Sequence record: SRR2962707_575
Length of the DNA stretch: 64,000 nt
Strand: one strand, 5' to 3'
In this document: positions 11,365-21,783 of the stretch, one piece after another
How the letters are laid out: every line of letters starts with the position of its first letter
Position numbering within the stretch: the stretch's first letter is position 1
Position numbers and translations under genes: made by a program
The notes under the pieces: generated by a model
What the model was told of the DNA's origin: nothing
What the model saw: the letters and a program-made list of their open reading frames with translations, nothing else
The model's database searches: none

Positions 11365-11379
11365 GAACAAATCGGAAAC
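11365..11379. promoter_or_regulatory. Alphaproteobacterial LexA (SOS) box upstream of ruvCAB
   Basis: GAAC-AAATCGG-AAAC, one mismatch to GAAC-N7-GAAC. Confidence 0.65.
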
Positions 11380-11447
11380 AAAAACCACAATTGTTTACAT
11401 CGAGGCATGCATAGCGCAAGTTGGTTTCAACAAAGGAAAATCCCAAT

Positions 11448-12371
11448 ATGCGCACAATAACATCTGCCGATGCCGACCACCTTCTCACTTGGCAAGCGGT
11501 CACAGAAGCGCTGAGTGCAGGCCATAATCGCGCCAAAGCCAAACTCGGCGATCAATTTTTGCGCCATGAGGCCGATACGCTGCTTAGCCGCGCGGCATGG
11601 ATTGAGGGCATCGGCATCGGCGTTAAATCGGTAACCGTGATGGGCAATAATCAGGCGCTGAACCTGCCCAGCGTTCAAGGCGCAATGTTGGTTTTCGATG
11701 ATAAAACTGGCACACCAAAAGCGCTCATTGATAGCGATCTCGTGACGAAATGGAAAACGGCTGGCGACAGCGTTTTGGGCGCAAAACTGCTGGCGAACCC
11801 AGATCCGAAATCACTTCTCATCCTTGGCGCAGGCACTGTGGCTGAAAATCTGATTGCTGCTTACAGCGCTATTTTTCCATCGCTCACCTCCATCACCATT
11901 TGGAACCGAACATTTGAAAAAGCTCAAGCGCTGGCCGCAAAACTGACAACGTCAGACTTGCCGATTAGCGCCGCGCGAGATTTGGCAGAAGCCTGTCCAC
12001 ATGCCGATTTTATATCCTCGGCAACAATGGCGCGTGAGCCGGTGCTGTTTGGTGACTGGGTAAAACCTGGCACCCATGTAGATCTAATCGGCGCGTTTAA
12101 AGCTGATATGCGTGAGGCCGATAATACGCTTTTGCGAAAATCATCTATCTATGTGGATAGTTTGGACACAACCATCGACCATATTGGTGAACTGCTCATT
12201 CCGATGAAACAAGGCGGCATTAAACGCAGTGATGTGCTCGCAGATTTTTATTCGCTGGTCAAAGGCACGCACAAGCGCCAATCAAAAGACGAAATCACCC
12301 TGTTCAAAAATGGCGGCGGTGCGCATCTTGATTTGATGGTCGCCGATTTGATTTTGAAAGTGACTGAATAA
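11448..12371 (+). CDS. Ornithine cyclodeaminase/mu-crystallin family imine reductase
   Basis: KTAGDS, GAGTVA Rossmann motif, GTHVDLIGAF...MREAD, FKNGGGAHLD; start at ATG 11448. Confidence 0.88.
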   Translation: MRTITSADADHLLTWQAVTEALSAGHNRAKAKLGDQFLRHEADTLLSRAAWIEGIGIGVKSVTVMGNNQALNLPSVQGAMLVFDDKTGTPKALIDSDLVTKWKTAGDSVLGAKLLANPDPKSLLILGAGTVAENLIAAYSAIFPSLTSITIWNRTFEKAQALAAKLTTSDLPISAARDLAEACPHADFISSATMAREPVLFGDWVKPGTHVDLIGAFKADMREADNTLLRKSSIYVDSLDTTIDHIGELLIPMKQGGIKRSDVLADFYSLVKGTHKRQSKDEITLFKNGGGAHLDLMVADLILKVTE

Positions 12372-12380
12372 TCTGGATAC

Positions 12381-12406
12381 AAAAAACCCCGCAAAAGCGG
12401 GGTTTT
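12381..12406. terminator. Bidirectional intrinsic terminator
   Basis: AAAACCCCGC-AAAA-GCGGGGTTTT between convergent genes. Confidence 0.88.
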
Positions 12407-12413
12407 AAATTCA

Positions 12414-13166
12414 TTAGGCTGACAGTTTTTCCATCAACTCATCTGGAATATCTTCATTTGAGAAGACGTTTTGTACATCGTCATCCTCATCCAGCGCATC
12501 GAGCAATTTAAGCAATGTCGTTGCTTTTTCTTCATTCACCGGTGTGCGGTTTTGCGGCTTCCAAATAATATTGACTGATTCTGCTTCGCCAAGCGCTGCT
12601 TCCAGCGATTTTGACACAGAGCCAATATCTTCAAAGGCGCATGTAATTGTGTGGCCTTCTTCATCGCTTTCAACATCTTCCGCGCCCGCTTCAATGCCCG
12701 CTTCCATCACGGCATCGCTGTCGCCAACTTCTGGCTTGTAAGTGATTTCGCCGACACGGTCGAACATGAAAGAAACGGAACCGGTCTCACCCAAAGCACC
12801 GCCATTTTTAGCAAAAGCAGCACGAATATTAGATGCAGAGCGATTGAGATTGTCGGTCAAAGCCTCAACAACGATCGCGATACCGCCCGGGCCATAGCCC
12901 TCATAACGCATTTCTTTATAGTCCTCACCATCGCCGCCAGAACCTTTGGTAATCGCGCGTTGGATATTATCCTTCGGCATGGATTGGCCTTTGGCGTTTT
13001 GAATCGCCAAGCGCAAACGCGGGTTCATGTCTGGATCAGTGGTGCCGCCACCCATTTTCACCGCAACCGTGATCTCTTTAGAAAGACGCGAAAAAACCTT
13101 AGAGCGCAACTTGTCCTGACGACCTTTGCGATGCTGAATATTCTTAAATTTGGAGTGACCTGCCAT
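12414..13166 (-). CDS. yebC: YebC/PmpR family protein
   Basis: [33 protein letters not shown]. Confidence 0.97.
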   Translation of the reverse strand: MAGHSKFKNIQHRKGRQDKLRSKVFSRLSKEITVAVKMGGGTTDPDMNPRLRLAIQNAKGQSMPKDNIQRAITKGSGGDGEDYKEMRYEGYGPGGIAIVVEALTDNLNRSASNIRAAFAKNGGALGETGSVSFMFDRVGEITYKPEVGDSDAVMEAGIEAGAEDVESDEEGHTITCAFEDIGSVSKSLEAALGEAESVNIIWKPQNRTPVNEEKATTLLKLLDALDEDDDVQNVFSNEDIPDELMEKLSA

Positions 13167-13287
13167 AACAGACTCTTATGCTTGATTTGAATTGTTGGCC
13201 GCTTTTAGGAAAAATCACAGCTTGCGTCCAGCGCAGTTTACAAACATATGACAACCTATCGCCGCATTTCATAAGGAAAACACCACC

Positions 13288-13572
13288 ATGCTCATCAAAG
13301 TTCTGATTACCTGCGCCATTATTGGCTTGTTTATCTGGTGGTTTTTGAAAGAAAATACGCGCCGTGGGCATTTAACCATCCGCGCTTATTTATACCTCAC
13401 CGCGCTAGAAGCAGGCCGCAGCAAAGCTGAAGCCAATCATGCCGCGAGCATATCTATGGATCAGGCAACGCCAACAATCTTTGAAAACACGATGCAATAT
13501 TTGGCTGCCAATTATCGCTCAAAGCAAATGCCGATGATTAAAGCCGCCCGCAAAAAAGGCATGAATTACTAA
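13288..13572 (+). CDS. Hypothetical protein with N-terminal membrane anchor
   Basis: 94-aa ORF that fills the intergenic gap; AAGGA upstream; hydrophobic N-terminus. Confidence 0.65.
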   Translation: MLIKVLITCAIIGLFIWWFLKENTRRGHLTIRAYLYLTALEAGRSKAEANHAASISMDQATPTIFENTMQYLAANYRSKQMPMIKAARKKGMNY

Positions 13573-13577
13573 GCTGA

Positions 13578-14339
13578 TTATTCGCGTTGCTGTTCTAATT
13601 CAGCAATGAAACGCACCATTTCATAACAAAGAACAAGCTCGCTTGCCTCTGGATCGTAAAACGCATTTGCTTCGCCGCACACAGTGACGGTTAATTTCAA
13701 GGGCTTGGGCCAAGCATATTCTCTCGCCAAATAGGCTTGAAAATCACCGATCAAGCCAGAACGCTCAAGCAAATCGCGTTCGTCAGCATACTCGCCTGCA
13801 TCGTCAAAACGAACATCAACTTTGGCCGGTGCATCACCCTCTTTTTTCACTATGCCTTCGCGCAAACTCGCAAAACTATCCTGCGCCATCGCGGCATCAT
13901 CTTGGCAGCTTTCACGCCGCTCATCCGGCAAATCCACCAAGTCGGCGAGTTCTGCAAATTGATCAGGGTCCGTGCCAATCGCCATACAGGCAATGCGATA
14001 GCCGCGCTGAATATCAAGATCATGCACATCGAAATAATTAGATTCATCTTCCAAATCGACTTGATCCTGCATCAGGAAATTCGCTTGTATGGAATCGGCC
14101 AGTAAAGGCGCAGGGTCTTCATATAGATCGAGAACTTCGATGGTCGCAAAAGCATCAGCCGCGTCTTCTTCTTGGCCCAAGACAGGCAACGAAAACTGGT
14201 CAATGAGCGCATGGCCTGCCTCATGGTGCAGAACATGCAAAATATTGTTGGTGATGAAAATCTCAGCGTCTGTGAAAGTTTCTTGCGCATAAGCGCCAGA
14301 CGAAAAAAGCAGAAGAAGTGTTGCCGCAATAATTCTCAT
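13578..14339 (-). CDS. DUF4344-type secreted metallopeptidase
   Basis: Signal peptide; HEAGH (HExxH), EEDAAD, CGEANAFY...LCYE. Confidence 0.8.
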   Translation of the reverse strand: MRIIAATLLLLFSSGAYAQETFTDAEIFITNNILHVLHHEAGHALIDQFSLPVLGQEEDAADAFATIEVLDLYEDPAPLLADSIQANFLMQDQVDLEDESNYFDVHDLDIQRGYRIACMAIGTDPDQFAELADLVDLPDERRESCQDDAAMAQDSFASLREGIVKKEGDAPAKVDVRFDDAGEYADERDLLERSGLIGDFQAYLAREYAWPKPLKLTVTVCGEANAFYDPEASELVLCYEMVRFIAELEQQRE

Positions 14340-14341
14340 AT

Positions 14342-15163
14342 TTACCACCAATCAGGTATTGTCTCGCTGAGTATAGGGCCAATGCGTAGAGGTGCAATCT
14401 TTTCTGCCAAGCCGGTGCGGTCTGATGTTTCAACACAGACACCGCAAATCGTTGCCGGTCCGGTCGCTGGTTCAAAGCGCCCTTTTGGCACCTTAGTCAA
14501 AAACCGGTTGAGAGGCTCTTCCTTATCCATGCCAAGCGAAGAATTATAATCGCCGCACATGCCGGCATCAGACATATAGCCTGTGCCTTGCTCCAAAATT
14601 TGATGGTCGGCGGTCGGCGTATGCGTATGGGTACCGACAACAAGGCTCGCCTGCCCATCAACAAAATGGCCAAAACACATTTTTTCTGATGTTGCTTCAG
14701 CGTGAAAATCAAACACCACTGCATCAAACTCAGAACCGAGCGCACCGCCTTCTAGCTGCTGCGAAGCGCAGGCAAATGGATCATCCAAATCTGGATGCAT
14801 AAAGACACGTCCCATAATGTTGGAAACCATAACCCGTGCGCCATTGCGCGCTTCATAAACACCCATGCCGCTGCCAGGCGTACCGGGTGGATAATTGCCC
14901 GGACGCAAAAACCGCTCTTCACGCGCCGCAACGCCTAAGGCTTCTTTTTGGTCCCACACATGATTGCCGGTGGTCACGACATCAGCGCCCGCATCAATCG
15001 TCGCGCGGAAAATTGCGTCCGTGATGCCAAAGCCAGAAGCAGCGTTTTCGCCGTTCACAATAACGAAATCGAGCTTATGATCTGAAATCAAGCCGGGTAG
15101 CTGGTCAAAAACCGCGGTGCGGCCTGTGCGGCCAACCATGTCACCTAAAAATAAAATTCGCAT
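14342..15163 (-). CDS. ymdB: YmdB-like metallophosphoesterase (TIGR00282)
   Basis: GDMVG, NGENA, TGNH, DFHAEATSEK, GTHTH. Confidence 0.93.
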   Translation of the reverse strand: MRILFLGDMVGRTGRTAVFDQLPGLISDHKLDFVIVNGENAASGFGITDAIFRATIDAGADVVTTGNHVWDQKEALGVAAREERFLRPGNYPPGTPGSGMGVYEARNGARVMVSNIMGRVFMHPDLDDPFACASQQLEGGALGSEFDAVVFDFHAEATSEKMCFGHFVDGQASLVVGTHTHTPTADHQILEQGTGYMSDAGMCGDYNSSLGMDKEEPLNRFLTKVPKGRFEPATGPATICGVCVETSDRTGLAEKIAPLRIGPILSETIPDWW

Positions 15164-15180
15164 TGGCGTTTCTAATCGTG

Positions 15181-15741
15181 TCAGGCGAAATGATGCAAGC
15201 CATTTTCGGTCAGCACCGCATGCAATGAAATATCATGTGGCTCATAAGGAATTGAATCAACGCGCTGGCATTCAAACGCGGTGCCGATCAGCACCGGTTT
15301 TTTGCCCACAGCGCGAAGCCGCGCCACGGCGCGATCATAGTGCCCTGCGCCATAGCCGATGCGGTTGCCATTTGCATCAAAAGCCGCAAGCGGGATCAGC
15401 ATAATCTCAGGATCCACAATCAGCGCTTCATCATTGGGGCCGCGTGTTGAAAAGCCAGTGTCCACTAGCTCTTCGCCGCGCACAAATGAACGAAACACAA
15501 TGGTTTCCTTGTTCAAAACAGCAGGCAGACAAAGCCGCGCATGTTTCGCACCCAGTGCATCCATCAGCGGTCGCAGATCAATTTCAGATTTAATAGGATA
15601 ATACCCAGAAACCATTTGGCCAGCTTGAATATTTAAGTCATCCGCATACTCGGCAAGCTTGTCGCTCGCCGCATTACGTTCTTCAACGCTCATCGCATCG
15701 CGCGTTGCCAATACGGCTGCTCTAATCTGTTCTTTCGTCAT
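15181..15741 (-). CDS. ygfA: 5-formyltetrahydrofolate cyclo-ligase
   Basis: PLAAFD...RIGYGAGHYDR, EPHD; directly downstream of 6S RNA. Confidence 0.94.
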   Translation of the reverse strand: MTKEQIRAAVLATRDAMSVEERNAASDKLAEYADDLNIQAGQMVSGYYPIKSEIDLRPLMDALGAKHARLCLPAVLNKETIVFRSFVRGEELVDTGFSTRGPNDEALIVDPEIMLIPLAAFDANGNRIGYGAGHYDRAVARLRAVGKKPVLIGTAFECQRVDSIPYEPHDISLHAVLTENGLHHFA

Positions 15742-15798
15742 TTCTGGCCCGAAGTTTTAAGTCAAAAAATTTGGTGCCTGCGCACCATGCAAATAAAT

Positions 15799-15953
15799 GC
15801 TAACCACGACAATCGGTGAAGACGTGCATCCCGGTGTACCTAACTGTGTAGGTGGGTGCCAGTTGAAAAAGCCCACGAGCCTAATCAGCGCCAGCTCCCT
15901 AAGAATGCGTAAGGTCCCGAGAAATTTGTCTCCTGCCACAGAGCGCAGTTAGC
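15799..15953 (-). ncRNA. ssrS: 6S RNA
   Basis: Lies between zapA and ygfA; terminal stem GCTAAC/GTTAGC; internal GGGAGCTG and CACCCACCTAC...GTTAGG blocks resembling alphaproteobacterial 6S; promoter-like CTGGAT-N16-CCTATAT at 15961-15989. Confidence 0.88.
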
Positions 15954-16029
15954 CATACACATATAGGACTAGCCGCTCAGCATATCCAGCGGCAAATGTG
16001 TGAAATTTTAAAAGAAGAAAAATGGCGTT

Positions 16030-16383
16030 TTAAGCCATTTTATTGACCAAGCCTTCGATCTTCGCGGCCACGTCACCAAGGCTTGCGGTCAAAGCTTCGT
16101 CTTTATTATCGGCAACAGCCAAGGCTTCATCGCGGGTGCGGCGCAGCGATTCCATCTCGATCTCAATGCCTTTAACGCGCTTTTGCAGTTCAGACAGCTC
16201 GTCCATGACCATTATACCGGCCATCACCGTCAAACGCTGATCGCCAATCTCACCAAATGAACTTTTCAAATGGGCAACATATTTATCAAATTTGCTGGCA
16301 AGCATTTCCAAATGCTCTTCTTGGCCCGGATCACAGGCCATACGATAGTTTTTGCCGTCAATTGTTACGTTAACCTGTGCCAT
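16030..16383 (-). CDS. zapA: Cell division protein ZapA
   Basis: VTIDGKNYRMACDPGQEEHL...RLTVMAGIMVMDEL. Confidence 0.93.
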   Translation of the reverse strand: MAQVNVTIDGKNYRMACDPGQEEHLEMLASKFDKYVAHLKSSFGEIGDQRLTVMAGIMVMDELSELQKRVKGIEIEMESLRRTRDEALAVADNKDEALTASLGDVAAKIEGLVNKMA

Positions 16384-16386
16384 AAA

Positions 16387-16659
16387 TTACCTGTCCAACA
16401 CTGCACGAATGGTTTCCATCGCGGTCACAAGACGGCGGGATACTTCTTTATTGACCTCTTCAAGGCGCTCAGAGCGCGCCTCAGATGTGTCTAATTCTGT
16501 TGCCAGCCGCGAACGGTCAGAATTGAGGCGCTGCGCCTCTTCTTCGGCATCCTTATATTCTTCTCTAAGCTGCGCATTACGGTCAACAGCATCCTCCAAC
16601 GCGGCAAGAGCCTTGTTCAGACGGTTTAAAACCTGCGTTAATGTTTGCGGCGTTGCCAT
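16387..16659 (-). CDS. DUF4164 coiled-coil protein upstream of zapA
   Basis: DRSRLATELD...EVSRRLVTAMETIRAVL; conserved position between tkt and zapA. Confidence 0.85.
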   Translation of the reverse strand: MATPQTLTQVLNRLNKALAALEDAVDRNAQLREEYKDAEEEAQRLNSDRSRLATELDTSEARSERLEEVNKEVSRRLVTAMETIRAVLDR

Positions 16660-16983
16660 ATGCAAACCTATAAATAGAGCGAATCTTGGAGCGGAATTTT
16701 CTGCTTGAACGCCGCTTTGTCAACAACAATAAGAAGTTAGCACGATCCTATTATATGCTGGTTCAACTAGAAGACTTTACCGCGCGAATTTCAAGCTACC
16801 GCCGCATAGATACACAACCTTTGGCTAAAATGAGGCCAATTTCGTTAAAAACGTCGAATTCTGTGGCGAAGTGAAGAGCAAACGCGCCCATTTTGTTGAC
16901 TCATTCCCACCAACTGCTATGTCTCGCGCGAAATTTGGGCGGCCACAGTTTTCGGCCATCATCAGAAAATTTGGGATTATATA

Positions 16984-18975
16984 ATGTCACGAGAAAAACA
17001 CGACCGGATGGCTAATGCGATCCGCTTTTTGTCTATGGATGCTGTGCAGGCAGCAAATTCAGGACATCCGGGCCTACCAATGGGCGCAGCCGATGTTGCT
17101 ACAGTCCTTTTCTCTAAGTTTTTGAAATTTGATCCAAAGAACCCAAGCTGGCCTGACCGTGACCGTTTCGTGCTTTCAGCGGGCCATGGCTCTATGCTGC
17201 TTTATTCTCTACTTTATCTGACAGGCTATGAAGACATCACGATTGAAGAGATTAAAAACTTCCGTCAATTGGGCGCAAAAACCGCTGGTCACCCAGAATA
17301 TGGCCATGCAGCAGGCATCGAAACAACAACTGGCCCGCTCGGCCAAGGCATTGCCAACTCTGTTGGTATGGCAATTGCCGAACGCAAACTCGCAGACGAG
17401 TTTGGCGGCGATCTTGTTGACCACCACACCTATTGTTTGGTTGGCGATGGCTGTCTCATGGAAGGCATCAGCCAAGAAGCAATCGCGCTTGCTGGCCATC
17501 TAAAGCTCAACAAATTGATCGTTCTGTGGGACGATAACAAAATCACAATCGACGGCTCTGTATCGCTTTCTGACTCAACCGATCAGCGTGCCCGTTTTGA
17601 AGCCTCTGGCTGGGCAACCGATGCCGTTGATGGCCACGATCCAGAAGCCATTGCTGCTGCAATTAAAAAAGCACAAAGCTCTGACAAGCCAACAATGATC
17701 GCTTGTGCAACAACAATCGGTTTTGGCTCACCGTCAAAAGCCGGCACCAATAAAGTACACGGTTCTCCGCTTGGCGACGAAGAAATCGCTGCGACACGCA
17801 AAGCGCTTGGCTGGTCATCACCCGCCTTTGAAGTGCCATCAGATATTCTCGACGATTGGCGTCTTGTCGGCCTAAACGCTGCCAAAGAACGTATTTCATG
17901 GGAAAAACGCCTGAAAGCGGCCGAAACCAAAGCAGAATTCATGCGCCGCATGAAGGGCGATTTGCCGTCAGCATTTTCAACGGCGATCAGCGATTACAAG
18001 AAACAGCTTGCACACGACAAACCAAAAGTCGCGACCCGCAAAGCCTCAGAAATGGCTTTGGAAGTCATCAACGGCGTTTTGCCAGAAACTTTGGGCGGCT
18101 CTGCCGATTTGACCGGCTCAAACAATACCAAGACATCGCAGACATTGCCAATTTCACCGGATGATTTTTCTGGTCGTTATATGTATTACGGAATCCGCGA
18201 AGCAGGCATGGCGGCAGCTATGAACGGCATGGCGCTGCATGGCGGCCTTATTCCTTATGGCGGCGCATTCATGGTCTTTACAGATTATTGCCGCGCTTCT
18301 ATGCGCTTGGCGTCTTTGATGGGCATTCGCGTTGGCTTCGTGATGACACATGATTCCATCGGCCTTGGCGAAGATGGTCCAACACACCAGCCGGTAGAAC
18401 ATTTGGCAGCACTTCGCGCTATTCCAAATCACAATGTATTCCGCCCTGCCGATGTAACTGAAACAGCAGAATGCTGGCAGCTTGCACTCGAAAACAAAAA
18501 GACACCGTCAACTTTGGCGCTTACACGCCAAGGACTTCCAGCACTGCGCACAGAATATATTGAAGAAAATATGTGCGCATACGGTGCCTATGAATTGGCA
18601 ACAGCAACCGATGATGCACAAGTAACGATTTTCGCGTCAGGTTCTGAAGTTGAAATCGCAATGGCCGCGCGTGAAGAACTAGAAGCAAAAGGCGTTCCAA
18701 CCCGCGTTGTTTCTGTTCCATGTATGGAATTGTTTGAACAGCAAACACCAGAATACCAAGCCGCAATCATCGGCAAAGCGCCTGTGCGCATTGCTGTTGA
18801 AGCAGCGATCCGCATGAGCTGGGATCGTTTCATCGGATGGGAAGGCGTGTTTATTGGCATGAACTCCTTTGGCGCATCTGCACCAATCGAAGACCTATAC
18901 AAACATTTCGGCATCACATCTGAAGCAATCGTTGCGGCTGTCGATGCAAAAATGGGTGCTGCAGCCGCTGAATAA
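16984..18975 (+). CDS. tkt: Transketolase
   Basis: [29 protein letters not shown]. Confidence 0.98.
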   Translation: MSREKHDRMANAIRFLSMDAVQAANSGHPGLPMGAADVATVLFSKFLKFDPKNPSWPDRDRFVLSAGHGSMLLYSLLYLTGYEDITIEEIKNFRQLGAKTAGHPEYGHAAGIETTTGPLGQGIANSVGMAIAERKLADEFGGDLVDHHTYCLVGDGCLMEGISQEAIALAGHLKLNKLIVLWDDNKITIDGSVSLSDSTDQRARFEASGWATDAVDGHDPEAIAAAIKKAQSSDKPTMIACATTIGFGSPSKAGTNKVHGSPLGDEEIAATRKALGWSSPAFEVPSDILDDWRLVGLNAAKERISWEKRLKAAETKAEFMRRMKGDLPSAFSTAISDYKKQLAHDKPKVATRKASEMALEVINGVLPETLGGSADLTGSNNTKTSQTLPISPDDFSGRYMYYGIREAGMAAAMNGMALHGGLIPYGGAFMVFTDYCRASMRLASLMGIRVGFVMTHDSIGLGEDGPTHQPVEHLAALRAIPNHNVFRPADVTETAECWQLALENKKTPSTLALTRQGLPALRTEYIEENMCAYGAYELATATDDAQVTIFASGSEVEIAMAAREELEAKGVPTRVVSVPCMELFEQQTPEYQAAIIGKAPVRIAVEAAIRMSWDRFIGWEGVFIGMNSFGASAPIEDLYKHFGITSEAIVAAVDAKMGAAAAE

Positions 18976-19000
18976 TCAGCAATCGCTGCGTAAAAAATAT

Positions 19001-19026
19001 GAGCCGCACTTTAAGCAGTGCGGCTC
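19001..19026 (+). terminator. Hairpin after tkt (terminator-like or stability element)
   Basis: GAGCCGCACT-TTAAGC-AGTGCGGCTC; poor U-tract. Confidence 0.55.
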
Positions 19027-19164
19027 TCCACTTCGCATTATTGATATAGATACAAGATTAATGTGCGCCAGCAATTGGCATTTCAGCCATGAGCGTTTAA
19101 TGAACACTTGAAATTCTTACCGCGGTAACCCGCTCATCTTGCCCCTATCCCAATTGGAGGAATC

Positions 19165-20181
19165 ATGTCCAAGAAAATTAGAATTGCTATCAATGGCTTT
19201 GGCCGCATCGGTCGTAACGTAGCGCGCGCGATTTATGAATCAGGCCGCAAAGATATCGACATTGTAGCGATCAACGATTTGGGTCCTGTTGAAACTAACG
19301 CCCATTTGCTGCGCTATGACTCAGTGCACGGCCGCTTCCCTGGTGAAGTGAAAGTAAATGGCGATTCAATTCAAGTCGGCGATGATAGTTTCAAAGTTTA
19401 CGCTGAGCGCGATCCAAAAGACCTGCCATGGGGCGAGTTGGACATTGATATCGTGATGGAATGCACAGGCATTTTCACATCGAAAGAAAAAGCCTCTTTG
19501 CACCTTCAAGCAGGCGCGAAACGCGTTCTTGTTTCTGCTCCAGCATCAGGCGCAGACAAAACAATCGTTTATGGCGTGAACCACGACATTCTAACGGCTG
19601 AAGATCTGATCGTTTCAAACGCTTCATGTACGACAAACTGCCTTTCACCTGTTGCATATGTGCTCAACAAAGAGCTGGGCATCGAAAAAGGCATGATGAC
19701 GACAATTCACTCTTATACTGGTGACCAGCCAACGCTCGACACGATGCATAAGGATTTGTACCGTGGCCGCGCTGCAGCGCTTTCTATGATCCCAACATCA
19801 ACTGGCGCTGCTAAAGCTGTTGGTCTTGTGTTGCCTGATCTGAACGGCAAGCTAGACGGCATTTCAGTGCGCGTACCGACACCAAATGTGTCGCTCGTGG
19901 ATTTGAAATTCATCGCAAAACGCAACACAACAGCTGAAGAAATCAACGCGCTGATTAAAGCAGCCGCGGCTGAAGGCCCGCTCAAAGGCATTCTTGGCTA
20001 CACAGAAGAACATCTTGTGTCTTCAGACTTCAACCATGATGCGCATTCGTCAATTTTCCATGCCGATAAAACATCGGTTATGGATGGCAACTTCTGCTCG
20101 ATCCTAGCTTGGTATGACAATGAATGGGGCTTCTCAAACCGCATGGGCGACACAGCTGTTGCCATGGGTAAATTGCTCTAA
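19165..20181 (+). CDS. gap: Type I glyceraldehyde-3-phosphate dehydrogenase
   Basis: [26 protein letters not shown]. Confidence 0.98.
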   Translation: MSKKIRIAINGFGRIGRNVARAIYESGRKDIDIVAINDLGPVETNAHLLRYDSVHGRFPGEVKVNGDSIQVGDDSFKVYAERDPKDLPWGELDIDIVMECTGIFTSKEKASLHLQAGAKRVLVSAPASGADKTIVYGVNHDILTAEDLIVSNASCTTNCLSPVAYVLNKELGIEKGMMTTIHSYTGDQPTLDTMHKDLYRGRAAALSMIPTSTGAAKAVGLVLPDLNGKLDGISVRVPTPNVSLVDLKFIAKRNTTAEEINALIKAAAAEGPLKGILGYTEEHLVSSDFNHDAHSSIFHADKTSVMDGNFCSILAWYDNEWGFSNRMGDTAVAMGKLL

Positions 20182-20213
20182 TTCTACCTAACTCAGTTAG
20201 TTGACTCACAAAT

Positions 20214-20245
20214 AAAGCCGCTCAATGTAAATTGGGCGGTTTTTT
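20214..20245 (+). terminator. Intrinsic terminator after gap
   Basis: AAAGCCGCTCAAT-GTAA-ATTGGGCGGTTTTTT. Confidence 0.82.
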
Positions 20246-20314
20246 GTTTTCTAAGACGCAAATCCAAGCCAGTTTCTCTCATTGCCCTGCCGCTAAAATA
20301 CGCTAGGTTGAGCC

Positions 20315-20509
20315 ATGAACATGTTCGCTGAAAAATTCATTCTCATTGCTTTGATCGCAATCATTGCGATGTTTGTTGTGTCTTGGTTTTTCAAACGTTC
20401 AAGCCAAAGTGATGGCCAAGCTGGAAGCGGAATTTGGTTTGGCATTTTTGGCCACGATCCAGACAACAATGATAGCAGCGACAGTGACGGCGGCGATGGA
20501 GGAGACTGA
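20315..20509 (+). CDS. Small single-pass membrane protein with Asp/Gly/Ser-rich tail
   Basis: TM segment then DNNDSSDSDGGDGGD; its 3' end supplies the GGAGGAG RBS of the next gene. Confidence 0.6.
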   Translation: MNMFAEKFILIALIAIIAMFVVSWFFKRSSQSDGQAGSGIWFGIFGHDPDNNDSSDSDGGDGGD

Positions 20510-20511
20510 TT

Positions 20512-21069
20512 ATGGACTACGCGACACACAAAGACGCACAAGCGGTGCTCGACTTTTGGTTTGTCGATCATGGCAGCGAAGACTGGTACAGCGGCGCGGC
20601 AGAATTTGATGCCAAGGTCAGCGATCATTTCTTCCTCACCCTGAAGCAAGCCGAACATGGAGAATTGTTTGAATGGCGCGACACGCCGCAAGGCCGCGTG
20701 GCAGAAATTATTGTGCTCGACCAGTTTTCGCGCCAGCTTTATCGCGGCTCCGGCGAAGCTTTCAAAAATGACGCCATGGCGCTGACCCTCGCGCAAGAAG
20801 CCGTTGCTCAAGGTCTCGATACGCTGCTCAACGAAAAACAACAGCAATTTCTCTACATGCCTTACATGCACTCAGAGAGCCTCGTCATTCACGAACAGGC
20901 GCTTGGCCTATTTCGCCGCCTTGGCGAAGAAATGCTGAAATTTGAAGAAGGCCACGTTGAGGTCATCAAGCGCTTTGGCCGTTTTCCAAAGCGCAACGCA
21001 GCCCTTGGCCGTACTTCAACACCGGACGAATTGGCCTATATGGCAGACACAGAAGGCTCGATGTTTTAG
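20512..21069 (+). CDS. DUF924 family protein
   Basis: VLDFWF, IIVLDQFSR, FLYMPYMHSE, RFGRFPKRN. Confidence 0.9.
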   Translation: MDYATHKDAQAVLDFWFVDHGSEDWYSGAAEFDAKVSDHFFLTLKQAEHGELFEWRDTPQGRVAEIIVLDQFSRQLYRGSGEAFKNDAMALTLAQEAVAQGLDTLLNEKQQQFLYMPYMHSESLVIHEQALGLFRRLGEEMLKFEEGHVEVIKRFGRFPKRNAALGRTSTPDELAYMADTEGSMF

Positions 21070-21142
21070 GCTTGCATTGCCGCCTAAATTGGGAGTAAGT
21101 CAGCATTGCTGACCTAATATAGCCCACGCCGAGGAGGCTGCA

Positions 21143-21763
21143 ATGCTAGAGCTTTTTACTGTTATTTCGATCACGTTGATTGTGGCTGTTGTGCCCGGCG
21201 CAGATTTTGTCGTTGTCACCCGCAATGCGCTTAACGGCGGGCGTCTTGCTGGCATTATGACCGCGCTCGGCATCGCGCTTGCGCTGGGTGTGCACGTGAC
21301 CTACGCGCTGGCCGGCATCGGCCTCATCGTGTCGCAGTCGATCTTTGTGTTCAATGCGCTCAAGCTCGTCGGCGCGGTCTATTTGATTATCCTTGGCATC
21401 ACCATGTATCGTTCAGCATCGCCTGACATGGAAAAAGTCGAAGGCCAGAAATCCATCACGCCGCTTAAAGCGTTGCGCTGGGGATTTCTAACCAATGTGA
21501 CCAACCCGAAAGCAACCATGTTTGCTTTGTCGGTTTTTGTGCAGGTCACATCGCACGACACACCATTGCTCACGCAAATCGGCTACGGGTTTATTATGGC
21601 GGGCGGCGTGTTCCTCTGGTTCGTGCTCGTCACCCTGTTTTTCACCTACACACCAATCCGCAATGCCTTTCTGCGCATGAAAATGGGCATGGAACGCACC
21701 TTCGGTGTGTTGCTCGCAGCGCTTGGTATGGGTATAGCATTGACAACAAGTTCAAGCCGCTAA
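21143..21763 (+). CDS. LysE/RhtB family exporter
   Basis: [25 protein letters not shown]; multiple TM segments. Confidence 0.92.
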   Translation: MLELFTVISITLIVAVVPGADFVVVTRNALNGGRLAGIMTALGIALALGVHVTYALAGIGLIVSQSIFVFNALKLVGAVYLIILGITMYRSASPDMEKVEGQKSITPLKALRWGFLTNVTNPKATMFALSVFVQVTSHDTPLLTQIGYGFIMAGGVFLWFVLVTLFFTYTPIRNAFLRMKMGMERTFGVLLAALGMGIALTTSSSR

Positions 21764-21783
21764 ACCAACCAACGGAAGAAATC

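Noticed and set aside
15757-15939. 60-aa minus-strand ORF
   Set aside because: Overlaps the 6S RNA; no protein features
20293-20871. 192-aa minus-strand ORF
   Set aside because: Antisense to DUF924 and the small membrane protein; its Ser/Pro/Leu run mirrors the Asp/Gly tail
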